A DNA stretch of 64,000 nucleotides from Aulosira sp. ZfuVER01 (GCA_034530615.2 JAVRCV020000012.1:1-64000); one strand, 5' to 3'. Counted from the stretch's first letter, positions 1-10,553 are shown. Numbers and translations are program-made. The notes: generated by a model not told the origin, from the letters alone.

Positions 1-64
1 CACCTGCAACTACATCTAGTTCTTGCTCAGACAATTCGATAGCGGCTTGATTTTCGACTGACAT
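1..64 (-). CDS. Partial (5' end) double-glycine leader peptide precursor, CTB-type bacteriocin/RiPP-like
   Basis: Reverse strand reads MSVENQAAIELSEQELDVVAG(G), an ELSxxELxxVxGG leader motif; AAGGAG RBS at ~73-78; runs off the window edge. Confidence 0.75.
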   Translation of the reverse strand, partial: MSVENQAAIELSEQELDVVAG

Positions 65-490
65 GATTTTGACTCCTTTGTTTTGTGTGATTTAGACTTA
101 GTTAGAATAGAGGTAAAACAACTTTTTTAATGCTTTGTTTGCTGCCCTCTGTTTTGTTTGTTTCAACTGTATTCATAGTAGGATGGCTGCCAAGAATAAA
201 CATCTGAAAAAAGTCTTGAATGAGACCTTGGCAAAATAGCTAACCTATATAAGACCTTCGTTGATACAATAGGTATATATATCTAAAACTTTCGTCATAG
301 AGACGGTGACGGTCTGTCTGCTGCTTTACCACTAAAATCAGCTACAGCAGAGGCATAGAAGCAACTGAGTGCCACTTCAGAAATTGTTTATGTTGCCGTT
401 GAAGATAATACTTTAAGGTGCATTACAAACTACTTAAGCTTACAACTGCCTTTCAAAGGCTCTTTTATCTAACTTTTTATTTCTTCTGAG

Positions 491-1150
491 GTGTCCATAA
501 TGATTCGCGTATTACTCGTAGAAGACCAAGCTCTCATCCGAGACGGAATCAAAGTCATGCTAAGTTTGGAGCCAGACTTGCAAGTAGTAGGAACTGCTGA
601 TAACGGTGCAACAGCTATTGAGCAAGCTACAGTGTTGCAACCGGATCTTATTTTAATGGATATTCAAATGCCTGTAATGGATGGTAAAGCTGCTACACGT
701 ATTATCTGCGATCGCTTTCCCACTATTAAGGTATTAGTCCTAACAACGTTTGATGACGATCAAAATATAGCCGAAGCCATGAAAGCAGGTGCTAAGGGTT
801 ATCTACTAAAAGATATGCCATCTGAGGAACTGGCACAGGCGATTCGGTTTGTGTATAAAGGTTACACCCAAATGGGGCCAGGGTTGTTGGAAAAGATACT
901 TGCAAACGTACCAGACTCAACAGCGGCTAACAAAGAGAAAGCACCACAGCAGAACTTGAGTGCGCTTACTAATCGAGAACAAGATGTTTTGCGCTTAATT
1001 GGTATGGGTGCAACCAATCGTGAAATTGCTGAGAAACTTTATATTTCCGAAGGTACAGTTAAAACCCACGTCACCCACCTATTTAATCGGTTAAATCTGA
1101 AAAACCGATCGCAACTGGCTATTTATGCCAATTCAATCTTTGCTGAATAA
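491..1150 (+). CDS. NarL/FixJ-family response regulator (REC + LuxR HTH)
   Basis: VLLVEDQ...DLILMDIQMP receiver domain; LTNREQDVL...TVKTHV LuxR HTH. Confidence 0.95.
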   Translation: MSIMIRVLLVEDQALIRDGIKVMLSLEPDLQVVGTADNGATAIEQATVLQPDLILMDIQMPVMDGKAATRIICDRFPTIKVLVLTTFDDDQNIAEAMKAGAKGYLLKDMPSEELAQAIRFVYKGYTQMGPGLLEKILANVPDSTAANKEKAPQQNLSALTNREQDVLRLIGMGATNREIAEKLYISEGTVKTHVTHLFNRLNLKNRSQLAIYANSIFAE

Positions 1151-1199
1151 TATTCATATATAGCCACATTAGCTTAAAACCAGAATTTGTAAATCCAAA

Positions 1200-1228
1200 A
1201 GCAGTTGAGTATATTTACTCAACTGCTA
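1200..1228. terminator. Hairpin between the convergent regulator and kinase genes, probable terminator
   Basis: AGCAGTTGAGTA-TATT-TACTCAACTGCT inverted repeat preceded by an A run. Confidence 0.65.
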
Positions 1229-1285
1229 TGCAAACTCTAGCTTTGTACATTGCTAACTCACTATGAGTTTGTTCTCCCAAGAAAA

Positions 1286-3190
1286 CTAAAGTAATTTTAG
1301 ACTTTCAGAACGTAGACGCTGCTGAAATTGCAAGGCTTGGCTAGAATCGGGAATTTCTGCTGCCAACTTTTTGATTAGTTCGGCGCGGGAAATATTTAGG
1401 GAAGATTTGATAGCTTTTTGAACCAGAAAAGTAGCTATTGGGCCAATAAATTCAGCTAAGTCCAGCTGACATTGACGTACAAAGCTTTCAGAGATAGCTT
1501 GATCGTTTAGATTCTGGGAACTGATAGATAGATTTTCTGATATTGATTTAACTTGAGGTGGACTCAAAGATTCGCTTTTGTGAAAGCTTGATTTTTGCTT
1601 AGATGCAGTTTGTTTAGCAGGAGCAAGTTGGACGGATAATTTATCTACAATTTCTTGATAGGTGAAAGCTGATACTGCTTTTTTCGGGTCAGTAATTTCC
1701 AATGCCACTGTTTTGATAAGTTCAAGAGGAGAAATCAAAGGATGAGATTGTAGCACTTTTTGAACTAGGTAATAAGCTATTGGCCCTATTAACTCAGACA
1801 AATTGTGCCCAAAGTGGCTAATAAAGTCATTGTCAAGTGGCGAACTATTGGGATTATTATATTTTTCGGCAGCCGTTTCTTTAACAGGGAAAATTGGTTT
1901 TTGTTCCAAATCAAAGCTTTGCTTATTAGTCTCTTCCAGGAGAGTTAGATCGGGTAATTTTAAATTTAAATTTTTTTCTGTGTTCTCTTCTAGGAGAGTT
2001 GGATCGAGTAATTTTAAATTAAAATCTTGTTCTGTCTTCTGTTCCAGTGGAAGTTTTTCAAGTAGTTTTAAATTAAAATCTTGTTCTGCCTTTTCTTCCA
2101 GTGGAAGTTTTTCAAGTAGTTTTAAATTAAAATTGTGTGCTGACTGATGTTGCTGGAGAGTTGCATCTATTAGTTTTAAATTAAACTGTATTGCAGTAAT
2201 TTCTTCGAGTGGTGTTATATCATCATTTTCTAAATCAAAATCTATTGCGGAAGTCTCTTGAGGTGGAATTGTATCAGCATTTTGTAAACTAAATTCTGTC
2301 GTGGCAGTTTCTTCAATAAAAATTGAATCGGCATTTTCTAATTTAAATTCTGTCGTTGAAGTTTCTTCAATAAAAATTGTATCGGCGTTTTCTAAATCAA
2401 AATCTGTTGTAGTTGTATTTGCAGGTGGAGTTGGATCGATATTTCCGACACTACTATCTTCTTCTGCGGTTGGTGGCTCCCAAGCTTTCTGCTGTTCCAG
2501 GGGGATATTAACAACTATGCGACAGCCATACCCTGGCTCTGTGTCAATCTTAAAATTACCTTTTAAGGCTAACACCCGTTCTTGCATTCCTTGGAGTCCA
2601 AACCCAGCTTTTTTTTGCGACAGTTTGAATCCTTTGCCATTGTCTTGGATAGTCAGAGACAAAGTATCTGAGGTGTGTGTGAGAGTAATTTCTACCTTGG
2701 TTGCTCTTGCATATTTACAGACATTTGTCAATGATTCTTGAATGATTCTGTAAAGAGTTTTCACTACCTCGGTAGACAAAGACGCAGGTAGATTAATTTT
2801 GGTAGAAGGTAAAATACCTGTAACTTGATGAAAATTTTGTACTAAAGAATCGATGAGAGCTGTTAATGACTGCTCTAGAGGCACAATCTCCCGCATATTG
2901 CTGACAGATTGGCGAACCTCTTGAATTGCGATCGCTCCCAAACGTTGAGCTTCTGCTAAAAACTTTTCTGCTAGGGTGGGGTCGAGGCTCCACAGCTTAT
3001 GAGCTGTTTGCAGCTGTATATTAAGAGATGTCAGGGCGTTTCCTAAGGAATCATGGATGTCACGAGCAATGCGTTTACGTTCTTGCAAGGCTGCCAAATC
3101 TTCAATTTGAAGAATATGTTGCAGCATTTGCTCGCGGGCTATTGATAGATCTATGTGATTTTCACCTACCACGGTCTTCACCCACTGCAA
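1286..3190 (-). CDS. HisKA_3/HATPase histidine kinase with no N-terminal sensor and a long repetitive C-terminal extension
   Basis: ERKRIARDIHDSLG H-box, QESLTNVCKY N-box, IQDNGKGF and GFGLQGMQERV G-boxes in the first ~230 aa; then 18-aa repeats and two related helical domains. Confidence 0.9.
   Translation of the reverse strand: MQWVKTVVGENHIDLSIAREQMLQHILQIEDLAALQERKRIARDIHDSLGNALTSLNIQLQTAHKLWSLDPTLAEKFLAEAQRLGAIAIQEVRQSVSNMREIVPLEQSLTALIDSLVQNFHQVTGILPSTKINLPASLSTEVVKTLYRIIQESLTNVCKYARATKVEITLTHTSDTLSLTIQDNGKGFKLSQKKAGFGLQGMQERVLALKGNFKIDTEPGYGCRIVVNIPLEQQKAWEPPTAEEDSSVGNIDPTPPANTTTTDFDLENADTIFIEETSTTEFKLENADSIFIEETATTEFSLQNADTIPPQETSAIDFDLENDDITPLEEITAIQFNLKLIDATLQQHQSAHNFNLKLLEKLPLEEKAEQDFNLKLLEKLPLEQKTEQDFNLKLLDPTLLEENTEKNLNLKLPDLTLLEETNKQSFDLEQKPIFPVKETAAEKYNNPNSSPLDNDFISHFGHNLSELIGPIAYYLVQKVLQSHPLISPLELIKTVALEITDPKKAVSAFTYQEIVDKLSVQLAPAKQTASKQKSSFHKSESLSPPQVKSISENLSISSQNLNDQAISESFVRQCQLDLAEFIGPIATFLVQKAIKSSLNISRAELIKKLAAEIPDSSQALQFQQRLRSESLKLL
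1877..2416 (-). repeat. Ten in-frame 54-bp (18-aa) tandem repeats inside the kinase gene
   Basis: TTTTDFDLENADTIFIEE / TSTTEFKLENADSIFIEE / ... / KAEQDFNLKLLEKLPLEQ / KTEQDFNLKLLDPTLLEE; near-identical 54-bp DNA units at ~2013-2135. Confidence 0.9.
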
Positions 3191-3948
3191 TATAAATTGG
3201 TGACAAGCTACATAATTGCATCACTTCCAACAGGTGATTTTCCTGATTTCTACAACTATATATTTAGTTAGTATTGCTGAATGCAATGACAAGTAGCTAA
3301 ATACTATTATTAAACAAAGGTTTAAGTAGATAGATGTAAATATTTGTTACTTAAATTAGGCATAAGGTTAATTGGCGTATGTTAATGATGGTCTCATTTA
3401 CGCTGTACTGTACTAGTCTTTAATTACTAGCTAGCTCGTCTTGATTACTCATTACTCAAGTGCTTGCTTAAAGCGATCGCCTTATAAAAAAATTCACAAT
3501 TGAGATTCTATTTGAGAAATTTTAGTCTAGTCACAAAAAGGTCAGCACTACAGCCTGATTTCTCATTAGGTATAGTTGCAATCTATACTAACCATACGCC
3601 TAGAAGCTTGTGAACAGTTAATATACGCCTGAAACGCAACTATATCTTCAGAGTAAGTCAATACATAGTGTCGTAACTCATCAATATCTATTACTTCATC
3701 ATTAGTGGTTTTCATGATTCATATCCAGAAGTAAACGAGTCGAACTAAAAATACTCTATTCTTCTATAACTCAATACTGCTGAGAGCTTACCAAACTATA
3801 TTAGTTAATAACAGATAAATTTCTGCTGAATTTTTATTCAATTATTGCTCAGGATGGACTGAAAGCAGATTTAAAACCATGCGATCGCTCTACTCATGAG
3901 TCTTTTTTATTTATGAAGCTTATAAGACTAACTATTTATTCAATAGTC

Positions 3949-3991
3949 GTAGCCTAACATACTAAAACTTCTAGAAATATTGCGTTAGGCT
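3949..3991 (+). promoter_or_regulatory. Putative class II NtcA-activated promoter upstream of the hupW operon
   Basis: GTA-GCCTAACA-TAC (GTA-N8-TAC) at 3949-3962, then a TAGGCT (TAN3T) -10 box 23 nt later. Confidence 0.65.
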
Positions 3992-4036
3992 TGCTTTACT
4001 GCACTTCAAAAAAACTGAAATTTACAAGGTAAGCTT

Positions 4037-4459
4037 GTGTCTGATATTGCCCTACATAGATATCTCCCTCGCCTTCCCGAAACAGCACTACAAGAGTTTA
4101 CAGAATGGTGTGTTTTAGAGCAGGCGAAAACAGCAGGATTTAACTTTACTCCAGATACAAGTAAGTTGAACAACTTACCACCACAAGACTACATCCCCAA
4201 ACTGATCGATCAGTTCATGAAAGTCAAACCAGACCCTATTAAAGCAGGTTTAGTAGCTGCGATCGCGGGTAAAGAAGCAGACAAACACGCTTTATCTGGT
4301 TTAGCAGCTTTAGCTGATTTTGTCTCGCTTTATGTTAAGTACTTAATTCCTAAAGACGGTAGTACTCCCGAACAAGCAGATGCTCTATTGCTAGAAGCAG
4401 GACAAAAACAGTGTGAAAAACTGTATGAAATTGCCAAAAAACATGGAGTAAACTTTTAG
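4037..4459 (+). CDS. Conserved hypothetical protein upstream of hupW
   Basis: 140-aa ORF, GTG start with AAGGT upstream, co-oriented with hupW behind the NtcA site. Confidence 0.8.
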   Translation: MSDIALHRYLPRLPETALQEFTEWCVLEQAKTAGFNFTPDTSKLNNLPPQDYIPKLIDQFMKVKPDPIKAGLVAAIAGKEADKHALSGLAALADFVSLYVKYLIPKDGSTPEQADALLLEAGQKQCEKLYEIAKKHGVNF

Positions 4460-4501
4460 TCTATAGCTGATAGCAGTCCTAAATTATTTGTGAAAAATTA
4501 G

Positions 4502-4530
4502 ATCCCCGACTTCTTTAAGAAGTCGGGGAT
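4502..4530. repeat. Perfect palindromic hairpin (dispersed cyanobacterial repeat or terminator)
   Basis: ATCCCCGACTTCT-TTA-AGAAGTCGGGGAT. Confidence 0.8.
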
Positions 4531-4564
4531 ATTGCCACCACCAGAATAACTTAAAATACATCCA

Positions 4565-5032
<468 letters not shown>

Positions 5033-5035
<3 letters not shown>

Positions 5036-5152
5036 TTCGTAATTCGTAATTCGTAATTACAAATCTTTCTATTGGCGCAAAAGCCCAAAATACGATTCTT
5101 TTGACTTTTGACTTTTTACCCTGAGCGCAGTCGAAGGGTGACTTTTGACTTC
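5033..5152. repeat. STRR heptamer arrays (TAATTCG, TTTTGAC) with an inserted small dispersed repeat
   Basis: (TAATTCG)x3; (TTTTGAC)n interrupted by CCCTGAGCGCAGTCGAAGGG at 5119-5138. Confidence 0.8.
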
Positions 5153-5164
5153 CGCCTTGCGGTT

Positions 5165-5539
5165 CTATCCGGCTAAGTCACGATAAACAGAAAGTTCATC
5201 TACCCTCATTTCAAAAGGTATACCTTGGCTTTCTGGAGGACAGACGCGGATTTTAGCGCTGCTGATAATGGGGTTGAGTATTGTCGCCATAGGCACAATT
5301 TTCTGTAAGATGCGCCAGTTGGTAACTTGATCTGTACATTCGATTACCAATACCATAACACCAGCTTGGGTGGTGACATACCAGCGACAACTAGATAAGA
5401 GATTTTGGATAGTGCGATCGCAGGCTTCATAAAAGTACCTGCTAATAGAATACTCCAGTTGCTGACGCAGGATAATATCTGCTGAAGTCAGTTGCATTGG
5501 ATGTGAATCATCTTCTGGAGAGTAAATTTCTTTAGCCAT
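5165..5539 (-). CDS. Hypothetical protein
   Basis: 124-aa ORF with GAGG RBS, last gene of the minus-strand ankyrin/nitroreductase run. Confidence 0.75.
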   Translation of the reverse strand: MAKEIYSPEDDSHPMQLTSADIILRQQLEYSISRYFYEACDRTIQNLLSSCRWYVTTQAGVMVLVIECTDQVTNWRILQKIVPMATILNPIISSAKIRVCPPESQGIPFEMRVDELSVYRDLAG

Positions 5540-5556
5540 CTTATTTGTTTCCTCAC

Positions 5557-6843
5557 TTATGTACCAATTGCCATTGCATAGAGAACATCTTTATTAGTTT
5601 CTAAGAATTCCTGAGTCTCATCATCATAGAAAGCACCAACACCACTACAATGGATGCCCCAAAAATTGCTAACAAGATAAACTCTTTGCCCTAAAAAGCC
5701 AGCTATTTGCATAGCTGTTTGATAATTTATATAGTCGGACACAAAAAATAAAGTTACAGCGCTATCTCTGGCAATTGCTTGATTAATGCACAAGTAACCT
5801 GTTTTTTCACTGAAATTGCCCGCCTTAATTAGATGCTTTCCCTTATATAAACCTGGAGTCATTCCCCTGACTTGATGAACAACGGAGTAAATTTCTATCT
5901 CCTCAACATTCTCGGTCGGTATCGGCTGTGCAAGATGTTGCAATATCCGCCAATAATTTTCTTGAGAAATTGACTGTTTGTAAAACCGTCTACTTGAGCG
6001 TCTCATCCAAACAGTCTGGAAAAATTTATCCTTGTCAAAGCTAAACTGGGGATACACTAATTTTTGTTGGCAACTTTTCTGGAGCGATGTTTTTTGATAG
6101 CCAGATTCTACAAATTCATTAGCTTCAAAATAATCAGTGCCACAGACAAAAGGAACTTGCAACCTTAAATGTCTGATTTGCTTTTCTTGCACTTCTCCGG
6201 AAATTGCACACGCAGTAATAAACTCTTTATTCTCAAACCCTAAAGCCGCATTGAGAGCGAGTTTATCAAAATCAAAAATAAATTGTATCTCTTGGTCGTG
6301 AATGTAGGCTGAGGCAGCAATTGCACCTAAATGGTGTCCGCTATCTAGCCAACAATATCTCAAGCTCCTGTCTTTATATTTCCAGCTAGACCTATAATAA
6401 ACACAACTAATTAAAAAAATGAATCCATTTATACTTTTGCCCTGTATAATATAACTCTCTAAGCCATCATCAATTAATTCATATATAAGAGTTAGACAAT
6501 TATTCTCAACTTCTAAATGATATATCCCATTTATTATTCCCTGGATGCCGCGAATCTGTACATAAACTTCTGTGGGATACAAAGCCCCTGCTGATGGATT
6601 TACACGCAGTTTTTGCAAACCATCTTTATACATCTTCTCCAGAGTTACAGTACTGGTTAAGCTGATAAATGAGTGAACAGAATTATTGAGATTTAATTTC
6701 ACTCTTCTATAAAACTTTGGATAAACTTTAAATGCCGATGGTTGAGTTGAGGCATCTACATAATTTGGATCTATCTGCACCGATAAGTAAGAATGCTTTG
6801 TTGCTTGGTGATAATCTAGCTCTGATAGCTTACTTTGAGGCAT
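5557..6843 (-). CDS. SagB/ThcOx-like nitroreductase-family protein (two nitroreductase-like halves)
   Basis: YHQATKH, LRVNPSAGALYPTEVY, WKYKDRSLRYCWLDSGH, RRSSRRF, GVGAFYDDE motifs. Confidence 0.88.
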   Translation of the reverse strand: MPQSKLSELDYHQATKHSYLSVQIDPNYVDASTQPSAFKVYPKFYRRVKLNLNNSVHSFISLTSTVTLEKMYKDGLQKLRVNPSAGALYPTEVYVQIRGIQGIINGIYHLEVENNCLTLIYELIDDGLESYIIQGKSINGFIFLISCVYYRSSWKYKDRSLRYCWLDSGHHLGAIAASAYIHDQEIQFIFDFDKLALNAALGFENKEFITACAISGEVQEKQIRHLRLQVPFVCGTDYFEANEFVESGYQKTSLQKSCQQKLVYPQFSFDKDKFFQTVWMRRSSRRFYKQSISQENYWRILQHLAQPIPTENVEEIEIYSVVHQVRGMTPGLYKGKHLIKAGNFSEKTGYLCINQAIARDSAVTLFFVSDYINYQTAMQIAGFLGQRVYLVSNFWGIHCSGVGAFYDDETQEFLETNKDVLYAMAIGT

Positions 6844-7294
6844 TTTTGAGTATCCTTAAGACTTCTATATTGCTAGCAAAATCTATAGCTTTAAAATCGT
6901 CTAAGTTTTTTAAATTTATGTTAGGATTATGTTGTAACAACAATTTAACTACTTCTGTCTTTCCCGCTGATGCTGCATACATCAAGACAGTAGCACCGTT
7001 ATCATTTTGGTTATCAATATTGATGTTGGCAGCCAGCAACAAATTGATCAAATCAAAGTAGTTGCCAAAACAAGCAAACCATAGAGCATTATTACCATCG
7101 TTGTTTCGGGAATTAAGATCCACGCCTAAAGCAATTAATTCCTTAGCTACCGCGTAAAGTCCTTCTCTAGTGGCTTTCATCAAAGCCGTATCGCCATTCT
7201 CGCCCCTCTGATTTAAGTCATCAGGAGTGTAACCTTTATCCAGTAACCATTGGCTTGTTGTTTTACTGAGATTTTGCTGATTTCTTGAACTCAT
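6830..7294 (-). CDS. Ankyrin repeat protein
   Basis: GDTALMKA, GNNALWFA, GATVLMYAA ankyrin repeats; ATG at 7294 chosen because AGGA precedes it (ORF track extends to 7354). Confidence 0.9.
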   Translation of the reverse strand: MSSRNQQNLSKTTSQWLLDKGYTPDDLNQRGENGDTALMKATREGLYAVAKELIALGVDLNSRNNDGNNALWFACFGNYFDLINLLLAANINIDNQNDNGATVLMYAASAGKTEVVKLLLQHNPNINLKNLDDFKAIDFASNIEVLRILKNASK

Positions 7295-7726
7295 AAACAT
7301 CCTGCTTATGGATAGGGATACAAACAAATACTTGACATAGCAATCCCACATCATTTGTAATAAACTACAAATGACAAATGACAGCTATTCAAATAAGATT
7401 GCTCTAGCACTTCTTAGAAAAGGTAATGGTGGGTATTACCCCACCATGTTCAAGAAATGCTATGAGACCCATTAAACTATGAGGAATGTATGGTAACTGT
7501 TAAACAGGAACAATTAACAGTACATACTTCCAGTCACGAACCATTGCTGAACACCACAAGCACCAATTTAGTAAGTATGAAATAGTAACAGTCCCCAACT
7601 TGCAATCTATCCAAATCGCCTAATAGGATAAGACAAGGCTAAAAAGAGGTAGAAAATAAGCTGGTAACTGATTTATACGATAGGAAAATTGATGCTTTAA
7701 ACAGTACATCTCACAAAACAAATCGA

Positions 7727-8323
7727 TTAACCTACAGACACATATTCTCGACCCTCAGAGAATAGCTGTCTTGCGGTTTTTTCTGATTTGGGTGCGCCAT
7801 AATAACCAGCTTCTGCTTCCAGTTCATCGACTAAATCCCAAGCTTCGTCGGCTCTTTTAGAATCTGCACCATAGTTAGCAGTAATTGAACGAGCATTGGA
7901 GATGGCTTTGTGAAGTTCTTTCTGCACAAATTTCAATTTTGGTTTTTCCACAAAGTCACCCTTAGTAATAATATCTGTGACAGAAATAATGCCCAGTAAT
8001 TCACCTTGGATCACAGGCGCACGCCATACACCAGTATTAGCAAATAACCGCGCCACATATTCTACATCAAGGTCAGGATTGACCACAACGCAGGGTTTGC
8101 TCATAATTTCGTAGACGTGCATCCGTTGAGGATCTTTGCCATAAGCAACAACCTTGGATACAATATCAGTTTCGGTAACGATACCGTAAGCATCCCCACT
8201 GTGACGAGGTTCGACAATCAACGCCCGTAATTCTTTGAGCCGCATTAATTTGACTGCTTCTGCTACACTAGCGGAACCGCGAATAGTAGCTACATCTTGA
8301 GTCATAATGTGTTTAGCTCTCAT
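7727..8323 (-). CDS. CBS-CP12 fusion protein
   Basis: CBS pair (IMTQDVATI...GIVTETDIV; IMSKPCVVV...GIISVTDI) followed by the CP12 core AWDLVDELEAE. Confidence 0.85.
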   Translation of the reverse strand: MRAKHIMTQDVATIRGSASVAEAVKLMRLKELRALIVEPRHSGDAYGIVTETDIVSKVVAYGKDPQRMHVYEIMSKPCVVVNPDLDVEYVARLFANTGVWRAPVIQGELLGIISVTDIITKGDFVEKPKLKFVQKELHKAISNARSITANYGADSKRADEAWDLVDELEAEAGYYGAPKSEKTARQLFSEGREYVSVG

Positions 8324-9211
8324 AATTCTGGCTCCTTAAATTTGTTTTGCAAGTAAGGGAATTGATTCTAAACTGCTGCAATGCTTCCCAAACTGCATTT
8401 CATTAATGCGACTTAATCACATTCAAATTTAATTATCAGAAAATGAATTCATCGCATGAAAAAGTGGTTACGGAAATTAGACATTCCGTGGAAAAACATA
8501 AATCTATTTCACAACTTAATTACTCTGGTTATTTGTTCGCAGAAGACTTACGCTCTTGCTCTTATTTCTTCTGTTGAAGATATCCGAATTTTTGCCCCAA
8601 TTTTCAACTTAACCAGGATTAAGTTAGGAATGTCTGAGTTAAGTCTGTAATCGCTTTTTGCTGAAGTCTAGGTTGACTGGCAACAATTTAGCTTACCTAT
8701 ATAGTATCACTCTCATAAGTTTCAATTATGAATGATTTATAAAGATCCCCAGATATTTCATCGATAAAAGTTTTAAAAAAGGCTAAAAAAGTTGTAATTT
8801 TTACTTTTTATTTTCAGGAAATCAGCTAATTAACTAACCTCAATGACAACAGTATTTGAGCAAATAACAATAAATTACCCAAGCGTCAATACATATAATC
8901 ATTAAAATTGGCGAGTATGATGAATTAAGTAAAAATAACGATTGACTATTAGACCATAATTATTGAGGCAATATTTCGGTTTTTCTTAAGGTTCATGATT
9001 AATGATAAATGCTAATGCATGGAGATTTCAGACTCATCTACTTGGAAAACAAATAGTAGAGAATAAGCAAAAGACCAAAATAAATGATATTGTTTTATCT
9101 ATTCTGGTATGTAGCTAAATTGGTTTATTAAAAAATAATAAAAAATTTATATACTTACTATAATCATTTGTTAACGTTTTTGAGTACAAATAACTAAATA
9201 GGTATCCAACA

Positions 9212-9421
9212 ATGGAAATTAGCGCTCGTAATGCTTTGAAAGCGACTGTGAAAAAAGTTGTTGCTGGCTCTGTGAATAGTGAAGTTACTTTAGAAATAGC
9301 ACCTGGAGTAGAAGTAGTAGCAATAATTACAAAATCATCCGCCGACAAGTTAGGATTGGCAGAGGGTAAGCAAGCTTATGCTGTTATTAAAGCTTCAGAT
9401 GTGTTAGTTGCTGTTGATTGA
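9212..9421 (+). CDS. mop: Molybdenum-pterin binding protein (Mop/molbindin, TOBE domain)
   Basis: MEISARNALKATV...IITKSSADKLGL...AVIKASDV signature; 69 aa. Confidence 0.93.
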   Translation: MEISARNALKATVKKVVAGSVNSEVTLEIAPGVEVVAIITKSSADKLGLAEGKQAYAVIKASDVLVAVD

Positions 9422-9463
9422 TTTTAGTTGTCAGATATCAATAATTATTTGCTGATTGCAATG

Positions 9464-9501
9464 CAAAAACTCCATCATCTTGTGAATGGAGTTTTTTATT
9501 T
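9464..9501 (+). terminator. Rho-independent terminator of mop
   Basis: AAAAACTCCAT...ATGGAGTTTTTTT. Confidence 0.75.
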
Positions 9502-9533
9502 GAGGTTTTGAGTATAGTAAATAAGCTAGCATT

Positions 9534-9563
9534 GTAGAGGGTTTAGCATTGCTAAACCTCTAC
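9534..9563. repeat. Palindromic dispersed repeat
   Basis: GTAGAGG-G-TTTAGCA-T-TGCTAAA-CCTCTAC. Confidence 0.7.
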
Positions 9564-9763
9564 GACAGATGTGATTTTTAAAACTATTCATATTTAGTAT
9601 TTTCTGTCAGTATGTTTTTTCAATAGCGTAATGAGTTATGGCGATCGCGCGGAAAATTAACTCAACAGCTTAGGAGCTTTTCTTAATATGCGAAGTATAG
9701 ACTACAAGTAGTATCTGTTAGAAAATGGAGGGAAAGGATTAGTCAAAGTAAATTATCTCAACA

Positions 9764-9979
9764 GTGTCACAACCATTAGAAGAAAGAGTAGCAATTCTAG
9801 AAGCTGAAGTTGCAAGCCTCAAAAGTAAATTGGAAGTTGTTGCTTTGGCACCAAAACCTTGGTGGAAAAGGATCGCTGGTACATTTGCTGACAACTCAGC
9901 TTATGATGAAGCCATGCAGCTAGGACGCGAGTATCGTGAATCACTGCGTTCCGGTTCTGTAGAATCACACGATGCTTAG
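9764..9979 (+). CDS. Putative antitoxin (coiled-coil N-terminus, PWW..IAGTF C-terminus)
   Basis: LEERVAILEAEVASLK...PWWKRIAGTFAD; stop codon abuts a PIN-type toxin start. Confidence 0.65.
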   Translation: MSQPLEERVAILEAEVASLKSKLEVVALAPKPWWKRIAGTFADNSAYDEAMQLGREYRESLRSGSVESHDA

Positions 9980-10095
9980 ATGTACATTCTCGATACCGAT
10001 AATCTCAGTGTTTTGGATCGCGGAGGAGCAGGAGCGCAACGTTTTCTCCTCTGATTGGCAAATGTTAATCCTAGTGAGATTGTAGTAACTATCCT
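9980..10095 (+). pseudogene. Truncated VapC/PIN toxin remnant
   Basis: MYILDTDNLS PIN N-terminus, in-frame TGA at 10052-10054, continues LANVNPSEIVVTI, then switches to unrelated sequence. Confidence 0.7.
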
Positions 10096-10111
10096 TAGCA
10101 AGGAGTTAAAA

Positions 10112-10291
10112 ATTATTCCTACACCAGAACAAAAAACTCAGTGCTATATATTGTGCTGCTGGTTTACGAAGTTTTACTTGCCTATCAATATCGTTCGCAT
10201 GGATGAAAGGACAGGAAATATCTTTTTTCTAGCAGGTGAAGAAAATATCGTAGAGATATACCCTAATGGAATATGGAGGTACATAGGATGA
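10112..10291 (+). CDS. DUF6888-like small protein
   Basis: PTPEQ...C..FTKFYLPINIVRMDERTGNIFFLAGE...EIYPNG pattern; AGGAG RBS at 10101-10105; no ATG, start uncertain (ATT, or upstream TTG 10055). Confidence 0.6.
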   Translation: MIPTPEQKTQCYILCCWFTKFYLPINIVRMDERTGNIFFLAGEENIVEIYPNGIWRYIG

Positions 10292-10497
10292 GTAAGCCTA
10301 ACTTTCAAGCAATGAGCCAAAAAGAATTGCATGATTATGTTCTTGCTCATCGAGATGATCAAGAAGCTTTTTATGCTTATGTAGACAAGTTACACGCAGA
10401 AGCAAACTGGATTGAAATGCCACCTTTAGAATCATTGCAGGATTTAGACAAATATCCTGAATTTATCGAACGTTTTGGTGGTGGTTCTAGCGTGTGA
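10288..10497 (+). CDS. DUF6887-like small protein
   Basis: MSKPNFQAMSQKELHDYVLAHRDDQEAFYAYVDKL; ATGA overlap with the upstream gene. Confidence 0.7.
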   Translation: MSKPNFQAMSQKELHDYVLAHRDDQEAFYAYVDKLHAEANWIEMPPLESLQDLDKYPEFIERFGGGSSV

Positions 10498-10553
10498 ACT
10501 AGAGAATTTGGAGAATAAATACTAGCTTGTGAGTAAGTCTGTGACTGCCAGAA

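Noticed and set aside
1877..2416. 54-bp repeats as a CRISPR array
   Set aside because: No unique spacers, in frame within a CDS, and no cas genes in the window
5557..6843. SagB-like gene as the tailoring enzyme for the peptide at 1-64
   Set aside because: No YcaO/cyclodehydratase in the window; it is separated by hupW and sits in an ankyrin operon
7357..7368. GTA-N6-TAC motifs (also ~3293, ~3653, ~13627, ~63878) as NtcA sites
   Set aside because: Spacing is 6, not the canonical 8
8456..8650. 64-aa ORF
   Set aside because: No motif, lies in an AT-rich promoter region; probably spurious
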